DNA of 57,835 nt, the filler included, from Sphacelaria rigidula (taxonomy: Eukaryota), in assembly GCA_964200075.2 (NCBI GenBank). It is 4 parts of 4 records of this genome, joined end to end, with 100 filler letters (N's around TTAATTAATTAA, not from the genome) between each part and the next. Parts side by side here need not be neighbours in the genome. Positions count along the whole stretch, not along the records: positions 1 to 14,391 come from CAXNAA020002276.1; 3 more parts are not named here. One strand, given 5' to 3'. The notes below the pieces were generated by a model. The model saw only the letters and a list, made by a program, of their open reading frames with translations, was not told the DNA's origin and made no database searches. The translations under genes and the position numbers were made by a program. Below, in pieces: positions 1 to 10,163 of this stretch. How positions within the stretch are numbered: position 1 is the stretch's first letter; every line of letters begins with the position of its first letter.

Positions 1-1
1 G

Positions 2-2716
2 TCACATCTGGTAGGGTCTGTCTCCTCTGGCTTGAAGTTAGTTGCCAGTAAGGAAGTTCGACGGCGCAAATCCCGCCTTACGTCAGCGGGACGTCACTCT
101 ATTCATTTGTCTGATACATGTCACGGTATTATGGTCCCGACAGTTGGTTCCGGTAATTCAGTCAACCTCACCGTAGAGCCACGACAAACAGTCCCACCTA
201 ATTCGTCTCTAGTATCCAGCAGCGGTACCGTCGTACCGTCTGCACCGTCCACCCGTACCGTTCTACCGCATTGTCAGTCTCCTCGGAAGAAAAAGCCAAA
301 AGTAGATAACGAAGTATCACCGGGCGTGTCCACACTTGCCCCGGCAACAATCAGGCCGCCTGTAGCGCCTGATCCCGGTGGTACTGATTCTCTTACACCA
401 TGGTACACCTCCTCGCTGAGTACTCAGCGAGGTCCCCTGTCTCTTGCTTTTTCCTCAAAGCGTGTTCGCATTTCTGGATTTATTGGGCAAGTACCCGTCA
501 CGGATATCACAGTAGATACCGCGACTGATGTCTCAGTATGTTCTGCTTCTTGGTTGAAGTCAAATCCCATCTTGCAGAAATTACCACTGTCACCTGTTCC
601 CCCTGCAGCCATTTCCCTTCGTGCAGCAAATGGCTCACCGATACAAGTTGTAGGGTTCGTATCGTTTTCATTAACCCTTGGCAATGTCACCTGCCCAGTA
701 GAAGCGCTTGTCGTACCTTCGTTAGGCCCTGATTCGCTTTTACTCGACAATAACTGTATGTCCAAATTTGGTGCAAGTTTAGACTGGACAAATGAAACCC
801 TGTCTTTTTCAGCGAGCGGTAAAACTATTCCCGCCGTGCATCGTGTTCATGACTCCATTCTGTCTACCACCAGTCCTCATTCTACTGTAGCTGCAGTACA
901 CGCTGACGCTCCAGAAATCACCGTCACTTTGATGGAACGAGTTTCAGTAAGCCCTTGTCATGAGGCACTAGTATTGGCATTTACAGATTGTCGCCCTGTC
1001 CGCGACTGCACAGTCGTTGTTGAACCTCGACTTGTCACTGCAGACGAAATGTCCAGAGTCGATCGCCCTGTAGCTTTCGAGTCCTTAATCGTCGCTCGCA
1101 CCTTGTCTACCTGGTCAGCTGAAGATGGTTCAGTAGTAGTTCAAGTTGCCAATGCCGCATCTGAAACCGTCGCTTTACCGATCGGCTTAGTCCTCGGAAC
1201 ATTGTACACTGTCACTGTGGTTGATCCTGAGCATCTACACGTTAACGCGGTCGCCAAAAGCCCTTCTACTCCTGTTGAGTTGAAAAATGCTAAGCGCGAT
1301 CTCCAAGAACCATTGTCTACTGCTTTTCATGATTCCACTTTTAGTGCGGTTCAACAGAACAGTATTCGTGAACTGTGTGCCGAGTTTCGGCCTGTCTTTT
1401 CTTTGTCTATGCAAGAACTCGGAACGTGTACTGTCGCGGAAGCCACTTTTCCTGTCCCTGAAAACACAACTCCAGTCGACAAACCACCGTACCGTTCAAA
1501 CCCCCGTACTGCTGAGGCCATCGAGAAATGTGTCAAAGATATGCTCGAGTGGAAAATCATTGAAGAACGCCCCAGCGCATGGGGTTCGCCTTCATGTATA
1601 GTCGCGAAAAAAGACGGTTCACCTCGATTTTGCGTAGACTACCGCAACACCCTCAACAAGTATTTAATTCGTAAATCTTGGCCGCTCCCCAACATGGATA
1701 CGTGCCTTGATGCCATTGGTGGAGCTCGCTTCATCACTGTAGCAGATGTCATGTCAGCCTTTTGGCAATTACCGGTTGCAGCTGAGGATGTAGACAAGAC
1801 TGCTTTTACCACGTCATCTGGTAAATACGTTTTTTTACGAATGCCATTTGGTGTCATGTCTGCCCCTTGGTTGTACCAGCGGATGATGTCCGTAGTCCTT
1901 GGACATCTGGGACCCGATTCTGGGATCCTGACCTATATTGATGATATCCTTGTCATCAGTAACACCTTCGACGAACACCTCAAGTCCCTTCGTCTTATGT
2001 TCGCCGCTTTACAAGCAGCAGGTTTGACCCTGAAACCGTCAAAAATTCAGTTCGGTCCCAAAGAAGTCACATACTTAGGTCATGTCATTACCGCTGAAGG
2101 CGTCTCTATCGGTAAAGATCGTATCAAAGCCATCTGCGACCTCGAAACTCCTAATTCAATCAAACAACTTCGTTCAGTCTTAGGAATGGTGAATTTTGTC
2201 AGGCGTTTTGTCAAAGATTACGCCGATATCACTGCCCCGTTAGTCGCGCTCACAGGAAAAGGTTTTCAAAAACGAACCACGTTTCTGGACGCTTGGGGTG
2301 ATGAACAGTCCGCAGCTTTCGATCTCATTAAACGAGCGTTGACTACTGCACCAGTTTTGAAATTCCCTGATTTCTCGAAGGAGTTCGTTGTTCACACTGA
2401 TGCTAGTGAAGTGGCGCTTGCAGGATTTCTTGCCAACGCCACCCCTGACTCCAAGTCTTCAGACGATTTAAGCATCATCGCTTATTTTAGTAGACGCTTT
2501 TCCAAGTCTCAGCGTCACTATAGTCCAACTAACAAGGAATGTTGCGGTGTCGTTTCAACGCTCATGCACTTCCGTCCGTACTTGTGGGGTAGACATTTTA
2601 CTGTCTACACAGATCACCAGGCACTTTGTCATCTATATAGCATGCAGGATACCAGCAACCTCTTGTCACGCTGGTCGATTCAACTCCAAAGTTTCGATTT
2701 TACAGTAAAGCATGTA
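2..2716 (+). mobile_element. pol: Ty3/Gypsy LTR retrotransposon pol (aspartic protease, reverse transcriptase, RNase H); open at the contig start, truncated before integrase
   Basis: Stop-free frame from base 2 (track ORF 32..2734). Protease VDTATDVS; RT motifs FCVDYR, MPFG, YIDD; RNase H motifs VHTDAS, KEC, VYTDH; PR-RT-RH order. Homology ends at FDFTVKHV, exactly at the TA (2715-2716) preceding the pogo TIR. Confidence 0.95.
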
Positions 2717-2944
2717 CAGTCGTCCCCGCTTTAAGGACACTAATCTTAAGGAAACTCCCCGCTATAAGGACACATTTTTTTCCCAGAACATGGTGCCCCG
2801 CAGATATACAATAATAGGGGGGGTACCTTTTCCACTACGCGGCCCCCCCATTTTTTTGCGGGGCAGCACACCTGTACAGCTTGGTACAGCAGTACATATA
2901 GCATCGACAGCGGTCTGCTGCAGCCCGCACTACTGCGTGTGGGT

Positions 2945-5900
2945 ATGGAGAGATTCCTCCCATCTGCTGGCGGGTCGTCAGCTGCCGGCTTGAAGCCATG
3001 TGGCGAACCCACGTGCCAGTCAAAGTCTACTCTCGTGTCAGGGGTTCACCAGTGCCCGTGCGGGCGATTCATGCACGCGTTTTGTGGTCGGGGCATCGGA
3101 GAGGAAGGCTTCGGACAACAGAGAGAGTGCTCGGATTGCCAGAAGCGCAAAGGTGGAGACCAGGCTGGCAGCAGCATCAGTCCCATGGAAGTGGATGCCG
3201 AAGAAAACGAGCAGGACAGCCGCAGGTGATTTTTTGCATCAGTCCCGTCGGCGAAACTACTGCTGTTTGTACAGCAGCAGTAGCAGTTGCTCTCTGACCA
3301 CCAACGCCGCGAGCGTATGTACGTCGCGATACAGCGGGACAACTGCTCTACATTGTCCCGCCTCGTAACCCTGAACCGTTCTTTCACGCCTCGCGCCTGC
3401 AGACGCTGGCGTAGGAAAAATGAAGTCACCCATGTGCTGTAGCTTGTGGTGCTTTTCGACACAGAACCCGCGGAAGATATTGACCGCGCACTACTACTGC
3501 TGCTGTTGCACTTGTATCATATGATTGACATGTTTCTTCAAAAATGGCGCTGTGTTCATCCTCATTATCTGCTGGGCTCCCGAGTCACAAAAACCCCCCA
3601 GCAACATGATTGCAGCAGTGCGCCCTCCCCTTGCATACGCGCCTTTGTTGCTTCTTTAGTGACGCCGTTTCACCGCTGTGTGCATGTATGATGTGTGCTG
3701 TGCACATGACATGTTGCACACGAAACATTGCACCACAGCAGTTTGTCGGTACAGCAGTACATATCGTTGTACTTAATAGTTTTTATCTCGGCACGCTGTA
3801 CATCTTGGTTTTCGACTCAAGTACGTACTTCCTGATCTCCTTGCCACGCATTTAATTCTCCCACTTTATTCTGATGACCGTGCAGCACTACGCAACCATT
3901 TCGAGGGGAGGAGCCATCGGTTGGAGGAAAGGGGAAACGTCCCGCGGCTGATGCTGGCGTCGGCGGTAGCGCGGGGAAACGGGCTGCACCTGGTCGTGGC
4001 AGCAGTGCCGGCGGCAGCGCGGGCGGCAGCGCGGGATGGAGTTCCGGCGGCAGCATGGGCGGCAGTGCGGGCGGCAGTGCGGGCGGCAGCGCTGGCTGTG
4101 GCGCGAGCGGCACGGCGGGTGGCAGCGCTGGCGGCAAGGCGGGCCGCAAAGCGAGGCCCGGATCAGACCTCGGTCAGAACAAGCTCACAGTAAGGCAGCG
4201 ATTGGAAATCGTCCGGGCCGTCCAAGGCGGCCAGCAAAGGAGCAAAGTTGCGCAAGACTTCGGCGTGGGCAAGGCGTACATCACCAAGCTGATGAAGCCC
4301 GAGAGGATCGCCTCGCTCGAGAAGTCCCGTGACATGGAGCTCAACCTGGACGCCAAACGCACGCCAACGCCGGTAAACGCGGACCTGGAAGCTCGTCTGA
4401 ACCAGTGGATAAAGATTGCGCGACAACGATTTGAGGTAAGGATCACACGTCGTCCATATCCGTCACGATTGATTTTCTTACCAGTACATCCCTCGCCGCC
4501 TCGTTTCCTGTCTGTCAAACGGTAGTGTACGTTGTTTATGTGATGACGTGTTGCAGCAGGTAGATAGGTTGAGAGCCGCCTGACCGCTTGCATGGATTCC
4601 AACCGAAGCCCCACATCGCTCGAACGTCCACCGCTGTTGCTGCTGCTGCTGCTTCACGACTATGCAGACAACCAAGCTCGGGTTGAGCGGTCTCATGATA
4701 CAGACCCAGGCCACGAGGTTCGCGTCGGACATGAACGTGACCGACTTCACGGCGAGCAACGGCTGGCTACATCGCTTCCTCGGTCGCTACGGCTTCGCGC
4801 ACATCAACCTGCACGGGGAAGCTGGTGACGTGGACAGGGCGAAGGCCGAGAGGGAAATCGCGAAGATTCGGGAGCAGCTGGAGGAGTTTGACGTCGAGTT
4901 GATCTTCAACATGGACGAGACGGGGCTTTTCTACCGCTGCTTCCCGAGGGGCACGTACGTCACGAGGGCGGAGGGCGCGGCAGGAGTCAACAAGAAGACC
5001 GCGCGGGGATCGAAGGCCATGAAGGCCAAGGACCGATGCACTGTTGTCGCCTGCTGCAACACCACCGGGTCGCTGAAGGTACCGCTGGCCGTCATCCACA
5101 CGGCGAAAGACCCCATGGTTTTCCGCCACGTTCGCAAGCCACCTTGCCCCTACTACGCCCAGCAGAGTGCCTGGCTCGACTCTTCAATCTGCCAGCGGTG
5201 GTTTGACGAGGTCTTCGTCCCCTTCGTCAAGAAGAACACTGGGAAAAAGGTGGTTCTCTTGTGGGACAACTGCCCAGGCCACAAGATCAAGAACGACGAC
5301 CCGCAAATCGTCATCATCTTCCTGCCCCCCAACGTCACGTCCGTCTTTCAGCCTATGGACATGGGGGTCCTGTTTGCCCTCAAGAGCCAGTACAAGACGG
5401 AGATGGTGATGAGGCTGGCGGCCCTTATCGAGGACTGGAACACAGTACGTGCGCGCAAAATCCGAAGGTAAACACTGCTGTGTTTTTTTTTGGGGGGGGC
5501 GGCGAAAAAGTGATTATTTTTTTGTGACTGCAGGTTCCGTTTTTTTTTTCTTGTTAGGCGAGTGACAAGCTGTTGCATGTACTTTACGGTTTTGCAGCTG
5601 TAGACGAGTCCCATGCGACAGTAGTACTGCAACAGAGTCTCCGACAAATATATGCCTGCCGTACACCACATCCAGCGAAATCCACTCTCTCTCCTGGTGA
5701 TTGAAAACTCTGTTGATCATTGCGTCTTTTTTTTACTGTGTTCCTTGCATCTTTGTTTTGCAGGGGCTGCCGGGGCCTGAGCGACGCAGGCCAGGCAACA
5801 ATGCTGGATGTGACGGAGATCCTTTCGCAGAAGTGGGAGAGCTTCTCGGACCAGACTATCGTCAGGTGCTGGCTCAAGGCCACCATTCTCCCTCGTGAAC

Positions 5901-6478
5901 ACGAGGACGCGCTCAAGGGTAGAGACACGCGGCTGGACCGAGAAGACAAGGACGCGGCCGCCTTGGACGACCTTTGCGATATGGTCAAGAAGATGTCCAT
6001 GCCGGAGAGTGCCAAGGGCTTGGACGCTAGGTCCATGCCGCGATTGTTGTCGGACAACTTGTTCGTCGAGAGCGCCTCCGGCCTCACTGAACAAGAAGTG
6101 CGGAGCGCAGTGGAAACGTGGCTTAGTGTAGAGGACGATGAAGAGGTCTTGAGGGAAGAGGTAGAACTCGAGATGGAAGAGGTAACGGAGAATATGTCAA
6201 GAGTAGCCGTCGAAAACGACGCGTCCAGTGAAGAGGAAGACCAGGACGGTAGGCAAGAGTCGTGCATGAAATCTACGATTTCAGAGGCCGAGGTTCGCTC
6301 TCGTCTCGAGGATGTCCGCTCCTATTTGTACGCGAACGGAAAAGACGGCGAGTACAGCGAAACGGTGTACCTTCTTTCGAAGACTGTGCATTCGTTCACT
6401 CATGAAACTCAAGTCAAGCGAAGAGCGAAGGAGGGGGGTGAGGTGCAGGCCACTCTTCGGGATATGTGGGCGACGTAG
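2945..6478 (+). CDS. pogo/Tigger transposase, 4 exons, about 781 aa: C4HC3 zinc finger, GGSA linker, CENP-B-type HTH domains, DDE_1 catalytic domain (DD30D), acidic tail
   Basis: Exons 2945-3225, 3886-4435, 4668-5467, 5764-6478. All introns are GT-AG with matching phases (2,0,2); 2346 nt total, no internal stops. Motifs: LTVRQRLEIV..VAQDFGVGKAYI (HTH), FTASNGWLHRF, NMDETGLFY, LLWDNCPGH, FLPPNVTSVFQPMD. There are 30 residues between the second and third catalytic Asp. Confidence 0.92.
4008..4135 (+). repeat. 12-bp coding minisatellite (GGCGGCAGYGCG-type) encoding GGSA repeats in transposase exon 2
   Basis: About ten degenerate units translate as GGSAGGSAG.. in the transposase frame. Confidence 0.85.
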
Positions 6479-7184
6479 TTTTTTGTGTTTGAGGGCAACA
6501 CACTTGGCATGCCCACATTCGTTGTTTGGGATTTTTTTGCCTTTCTCGTGGAGTTAAATTTTAAATTTTGTTTTTTTTTTGTGTTTTTTCCTTTGGGGAA
6601 GAACGGTGTCCTATTTTCGGTGTATTTGCCCGATTTTTTTTACATATATATGTTGTACCGACCGTTTCCTAGTGTCCTTCTAAGGGGTCGACTGGGTTTG
6701 TTTGGTCCCCATGTGGCAGGTAACTTGCGTGTTCAGAGCTAGTTCCAACGAATTGATGTGCCTCAGGTGTGTTCGCGATATCTCGGGCATGATGTTCACC
6801 GTGAGGATGACGCCTTGACAATAATAAAAGCCTGCAGCAACACCAGCGCACTGCCGCACATTACAATCGATCGTGCTGCACTCCCGCGCGTCGGTGGTGG
6901 AGGGAAATTCAAAATGTGTTACAGTAGTATTGGAGTACTGTACTACAGCCGTAGTGTGGCGGCCTTCCAACGCGTGTTGTCGGAGTTTAAAGCAACACAG
7001 CAGCACAGCAGTAGTTTCGTGGTCGCATTCCTGCTTCAAATGCGCGTATTTTGACACATGTTACACCTCCATTGGCCACGGGGATGGTGAGTTAGTGGCC
7101 CCGGAATCTTAAGGACACTTCCCCGCGTTAAGGACACTCCAAAAAAAAAAAACGCGGTGTGTCCTTAAAGCGGGGTCGACTGTA

Positions 7185-7632
7185 GTTGAGTGTAGAAGGA
7201 AGTCGATGTACAGAAATGCACCTGTGGCAAAGCAGTGGAGAGTAGAAGTCAAAATAGTGGCAGCATGTGAACTATACTAGGAGGAACGGGGCATGTTTGA
7301 GGGGGGAAATGCGGAACGTGAACGAAGGTGGGATGAAATGGTTTGTTTGATACATTGAACAGTGGCAAGAGAACGATGGATACCCTACGAGAGAAGTGGT
7401 GGCCATAGATGGCTCACCAGAAGGAGGATAAGAGTTGTAAATATCGATGTGTGATATATGGAGAAAACGTGATGAGTGCCAAAATTTTGGATATGTCTCT
7501 ATTAGGAGTAGACGCGGTGCTCCGTTAGAAATAAATGCGTGGTCATTCGTCAAATGGCAAAGGCAAGCAACAAAAAAGTTGGACCCCCTTCCTCCCCCAC
7601 GGCATGCAAGGTCATGAGTACCTCCCCCCCCC
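7185..7632 (+). mobile_element. Decayed 3' end of a probable non-LTR retrotransposon with C-rich tails
   Basis: Broken reading QKCTCGKAVESRS(Q)IVAACELY resembles the C-terminal CCHC knuckle of LINE ORF2. The 3' motif GGTGCTCCGT..ATGCGTGGTCA..GGCAAGCAACAAA followed by a C-run recurs at 12498-12597 (+) and about 28610-28780 (-). Confidence 0.6.
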
Positions 7633-7662
7633 TCTCCCACTCTCTGTTTCTTTTGTTTTCAG

Positions 7663-7843
7663 ACGCAAGGTAGCTACAGCGGCCGCAATTTCCATTTTTG
7701 TCATCGCCAGTAATGCGGGGTCTGCGTCCGCGTTGTTTGGAGGCGGCAGGGGAAGGGCGTCTGCCCCTGTGGACACTCCATCCTTCGAGCAGCTTGCGAA
7801 GGATATTGAAGAGGACATGGTGAGGGTGGAGGGCATGATACAG
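7663..7843 (+). CDS. Isolated probable host-gene exon; hydrophobic stretch ending A-S-A, signal or thylakoid-transfer-peptide-like
   Basis: Polypyrimidine tract + TTTTCAG acceptor and CAG|GTGGG donor. Translation RKVATAAAISIFVIASNAGSASALFGGG..FEQLAKDIEEDMVRVEGMIQ. Neighbouring exons were not confidently located. Confidence 0.5.
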
Positions 7844-8229
7844 GTGGGCATTCAAAGGCGTGTTCTACTTTTTTTTTTTTTTCTCGGCTGGTTGCTGGCA
7901 CTTACGTACTAGGGTGACTGCGGGTTATTGTCGCTGTTTCCCCCTTCTGTTGACAAGGACAAATTTTCAGGTCCCCCATCCATAGAGGCCTCGAATCCCG
8001 ACAGGAGCTGTCTTTTTTTTTTTCAAACACAGTATGGTTTCCGTTGTTGAAAACATTAGGACCTGAGTGTTGTATCCCTTTCGTTTTTCCAGGGATGAAA
8101 TTCGACACAGTGCGGGAGTTCCGAACAAGCTTGCTCGAACAACCGTTGCTGCTTTCAACGACGATCTGACTCGAAATTTCGAGCAACAAATGGCCCAAAT
8201 TCCCCCCCCCCCCTATCGTAGGATGACTC

Positions 8230-8355
8230 TCTGTTTCTTTATGTCTTCACCAAGTGTTTCAGTTTTGATTTCCTTGGGTACGTCTATCATGAGACCACGG
8301 ATGGACCCCTGGGGGGGTTAGTCGAAGTGCGACAAGCAATCAATCAAATCAAACA
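8230..8355 (+). repeat. Dispersed repeat ending in (AATCA)n-like tail; probable SINE/LINE 3' end
   Basis: Core GGGTACGTCTATCATGAGACCACGGATGGACCCC..AGTGCGACA. Related copies at about 13105-13210 (-), 24290-24390 (+), 24910-25040 (-) and 25250-25370 (-). Confidence 0.6.
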
Positions 8356-8467
8356 CGGCCAAAATCAGCACCAGCTGTCTATTTTCTAATATACCGAGTC
8401 AGTCACGGGCCGCACCGGGGCACATTTTTATGCAGATCTGAAAAATACGCCTCGGGCTAACAGTTTT

Positions 8468-8655
8468 GCGTGTGTGTTGTCGTCCCATATATTCTGGGCG
8501 CCGGTCTACACCTTTCGGTATAAGTGGGCGTACCAGCCGGGGTCACAAAGGAGGAAGATCAACACGAGAGCTTTTATTTTTTTGTTCGACTTTGGTACCC
8601 CGCCTCCCTTCTGCGGTGCTTGCCTTTTTATCTTTTTTTTTATCGCGAGAGGCGT
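8468..8655 (-). mobile_element. 3' portion of the tRNA-derived SINE family
   Basis: Reverse complement matches 35690-35871 (AAGGCAAGCACCGCAGAAGG..TGTGACCCCGGCTGGT..GACAACACAC). Confidence 0.8.
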
Positions 8656-9339
8656 GAAAGCTGTAAATACTCAACCACATGTCGTTCCAAAAACAGGACC
8701 TCTCGAAATGCACACTTTTCCGTTGCCAGAAACAAATCCAGATTCACCCCGCCGAGAGAGGACGGGGGTTGATTGAAAGTATGACCGGAAATGATGAAAA
8801 TATGCTCTACTTTTTTTTGTCACGTTTTCATCAATTACCCGTTGCTCCCCTGTTTTTTTCGACGTACCTGCTTCCTGCACTCTGCCCTCAGCTGCGGCAG
8901 CGGCCTGATCGATCGACCTTGCTTGATTGTTTGTTGTGCATTTTCTGATGTCCTGACAGTCCAGCATCGTGGCTTCAGTCCAGCATCGTGGCTTCATACA
9001 CATGTTTTGTCGTTTGATGGAACTAAATCGTGTCAATACTCCGTGTTTTTGAGTAACTGATGCTTGACAGGCAAGTCATTGCTTTCAATAAGTTGGTCAA
9101 CTTTGTATTTTGTGTGTGCGTGTTTTTTAGGGGGGGGGATGTGCTGTGGCGGAAACCCCCTGTATATGTCCCTCCCTTCCTCCCTCGCTCGTTCTCACTA
9201 ACCCCCTCGACTGCAACGACTTGGCGCGTAGGACCGAGAAGAGCAATTGTCCGACGTGGCTGATGAGATGGAAACATTTTTATCGGGTGCTGCGGGTGAA
9301 GCGGAGGACGCTCCGTCAGAGGGGATGGACGACTTCGCC

Positions 9340-9877
9340 GCGGCTCTTGGCCAGGACGACGAAGCGGGGGCGGTGTCGACCGCAGGTATGAGATATCCAC
9401 GAGGGACAAAATGGTGACAGTCTCTGTATGCGACACAGTATTACGCCGCTATGCTAGATACCACCCCCTGGAAACAACCCCAAGCACTTGGCCGGGACTA
9501 CGAGGCGGGGGCGGTGTAGACAGCGGGTATGACATGTCCATGCGCGGGCGAAGTGATGACGTCTCCGTATGCGACACAGTGTAAGACCCCTACGCGAGAT
9601 AACACGCCCTGAATACAACCCCGAGGTCTTGGCCAGGATGACGAGACGAGGGTGGCGTCGATTGCTGGTATGAGAACTCCACGCGCGGTTAAAGTGATGA
9701 AGGTTTTCGCATGCGACACAGTATAACCCCCCTTACACGCCAGATACCACCCCCTCTGAAGAGCAACGCCGAGCTTCATGGCCAGGATCACGAGGCAAGG
9801 GTAGGGTCGACCGCGAGTATGAGACGTTTACGTGTCAACGAAGTACACCCCCTCTGAAGAGCAACACCGAGCTTCAT
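9340..9877 (+). repeat. Degenerate tandem array of about 140-bp units inside the LTR
   Basis: Anchor (T/A)TGGCC(A/G)GGA near 9348, 9488, 9629, 9778; ATGCGACACAGT at the same period. A further partial unit (9843-10235) is interrupted by a MITE. Confidence 0.85.
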
Positions 9878-10163
9878 CAAAGGTTATAACTTATACACAT
9901 AAGTAATGCACTCGCTGGCATATTTGTCATCATTTGTGATACACAGACGGTGCAGTTGGGATTGTCTTCATGTATATTTTAGTGTGGGACACAATCGGAA
10001 CAGAAACAAGTGCACTACCTGTGTATATATTTTATATATATAACCTTTGCACCGTCTGTGGGTCACAGACGACTTATTTAATACAATTTTCATATATAAT
10101 TGAGTATTGGACAATCGGAACAGAAACAAGTGCACTAACTATGTGTATATGTCATAACCTTCG
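9878..10163. mobile_element. MITE with 8-bp TSD (P-element- or hAT-like)
   Basis: Imperfect TIR of about 35 bp (CAAAGGTTATAACTTATACACATAAGTAATGCACT / AGTGCACTAACTATGTGTATATGTCATAACCTTCG). TSD AGCTTCAT at 9870-9877 and 10164-10171. Empty-site paralogue GAGCTTCATGGCC near 9771-9783. Confidence 0.85.

Larger units (their letters stand above)
2717..7182 (+). mobile_element. Full-length pogo/Tigger-family (Tc1/mariner superfamily) DNA transposon, 4466 bp
   Basis: 24-bp TIRs CAGTCGTCCCCGCTTTAAGGACAC (2717-2740) and GTGTCCTTAAAGCGGGGTCGACTG (7159-7182), 1 mismatch. TA on both sides (2715-16, 7183-84). Encloses a spliced transposase. Confidence 0.95.

Noticed and set aside
2717-2734. C-terminal QSSPL of the 900-aa ORF as the natural end of pol
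   Set aside because: These codons are read-through into the pogo left TIR.
3817-6267. Antisense and alternate-frame ORFs over the transposase (for example the PPAL-repeat ORF 3817-4149 and 5584-6267)
   Set aside because: Shadows of GC-rich codons and the GGSA repeat; no independent domain signal.
9340-9877. Regularly spaced repeats as a CRISPR-like array
   Set aside because: Whole units are homologous with no unique spacers, there are no cas genes, and the context is a eukaryotic LTR.
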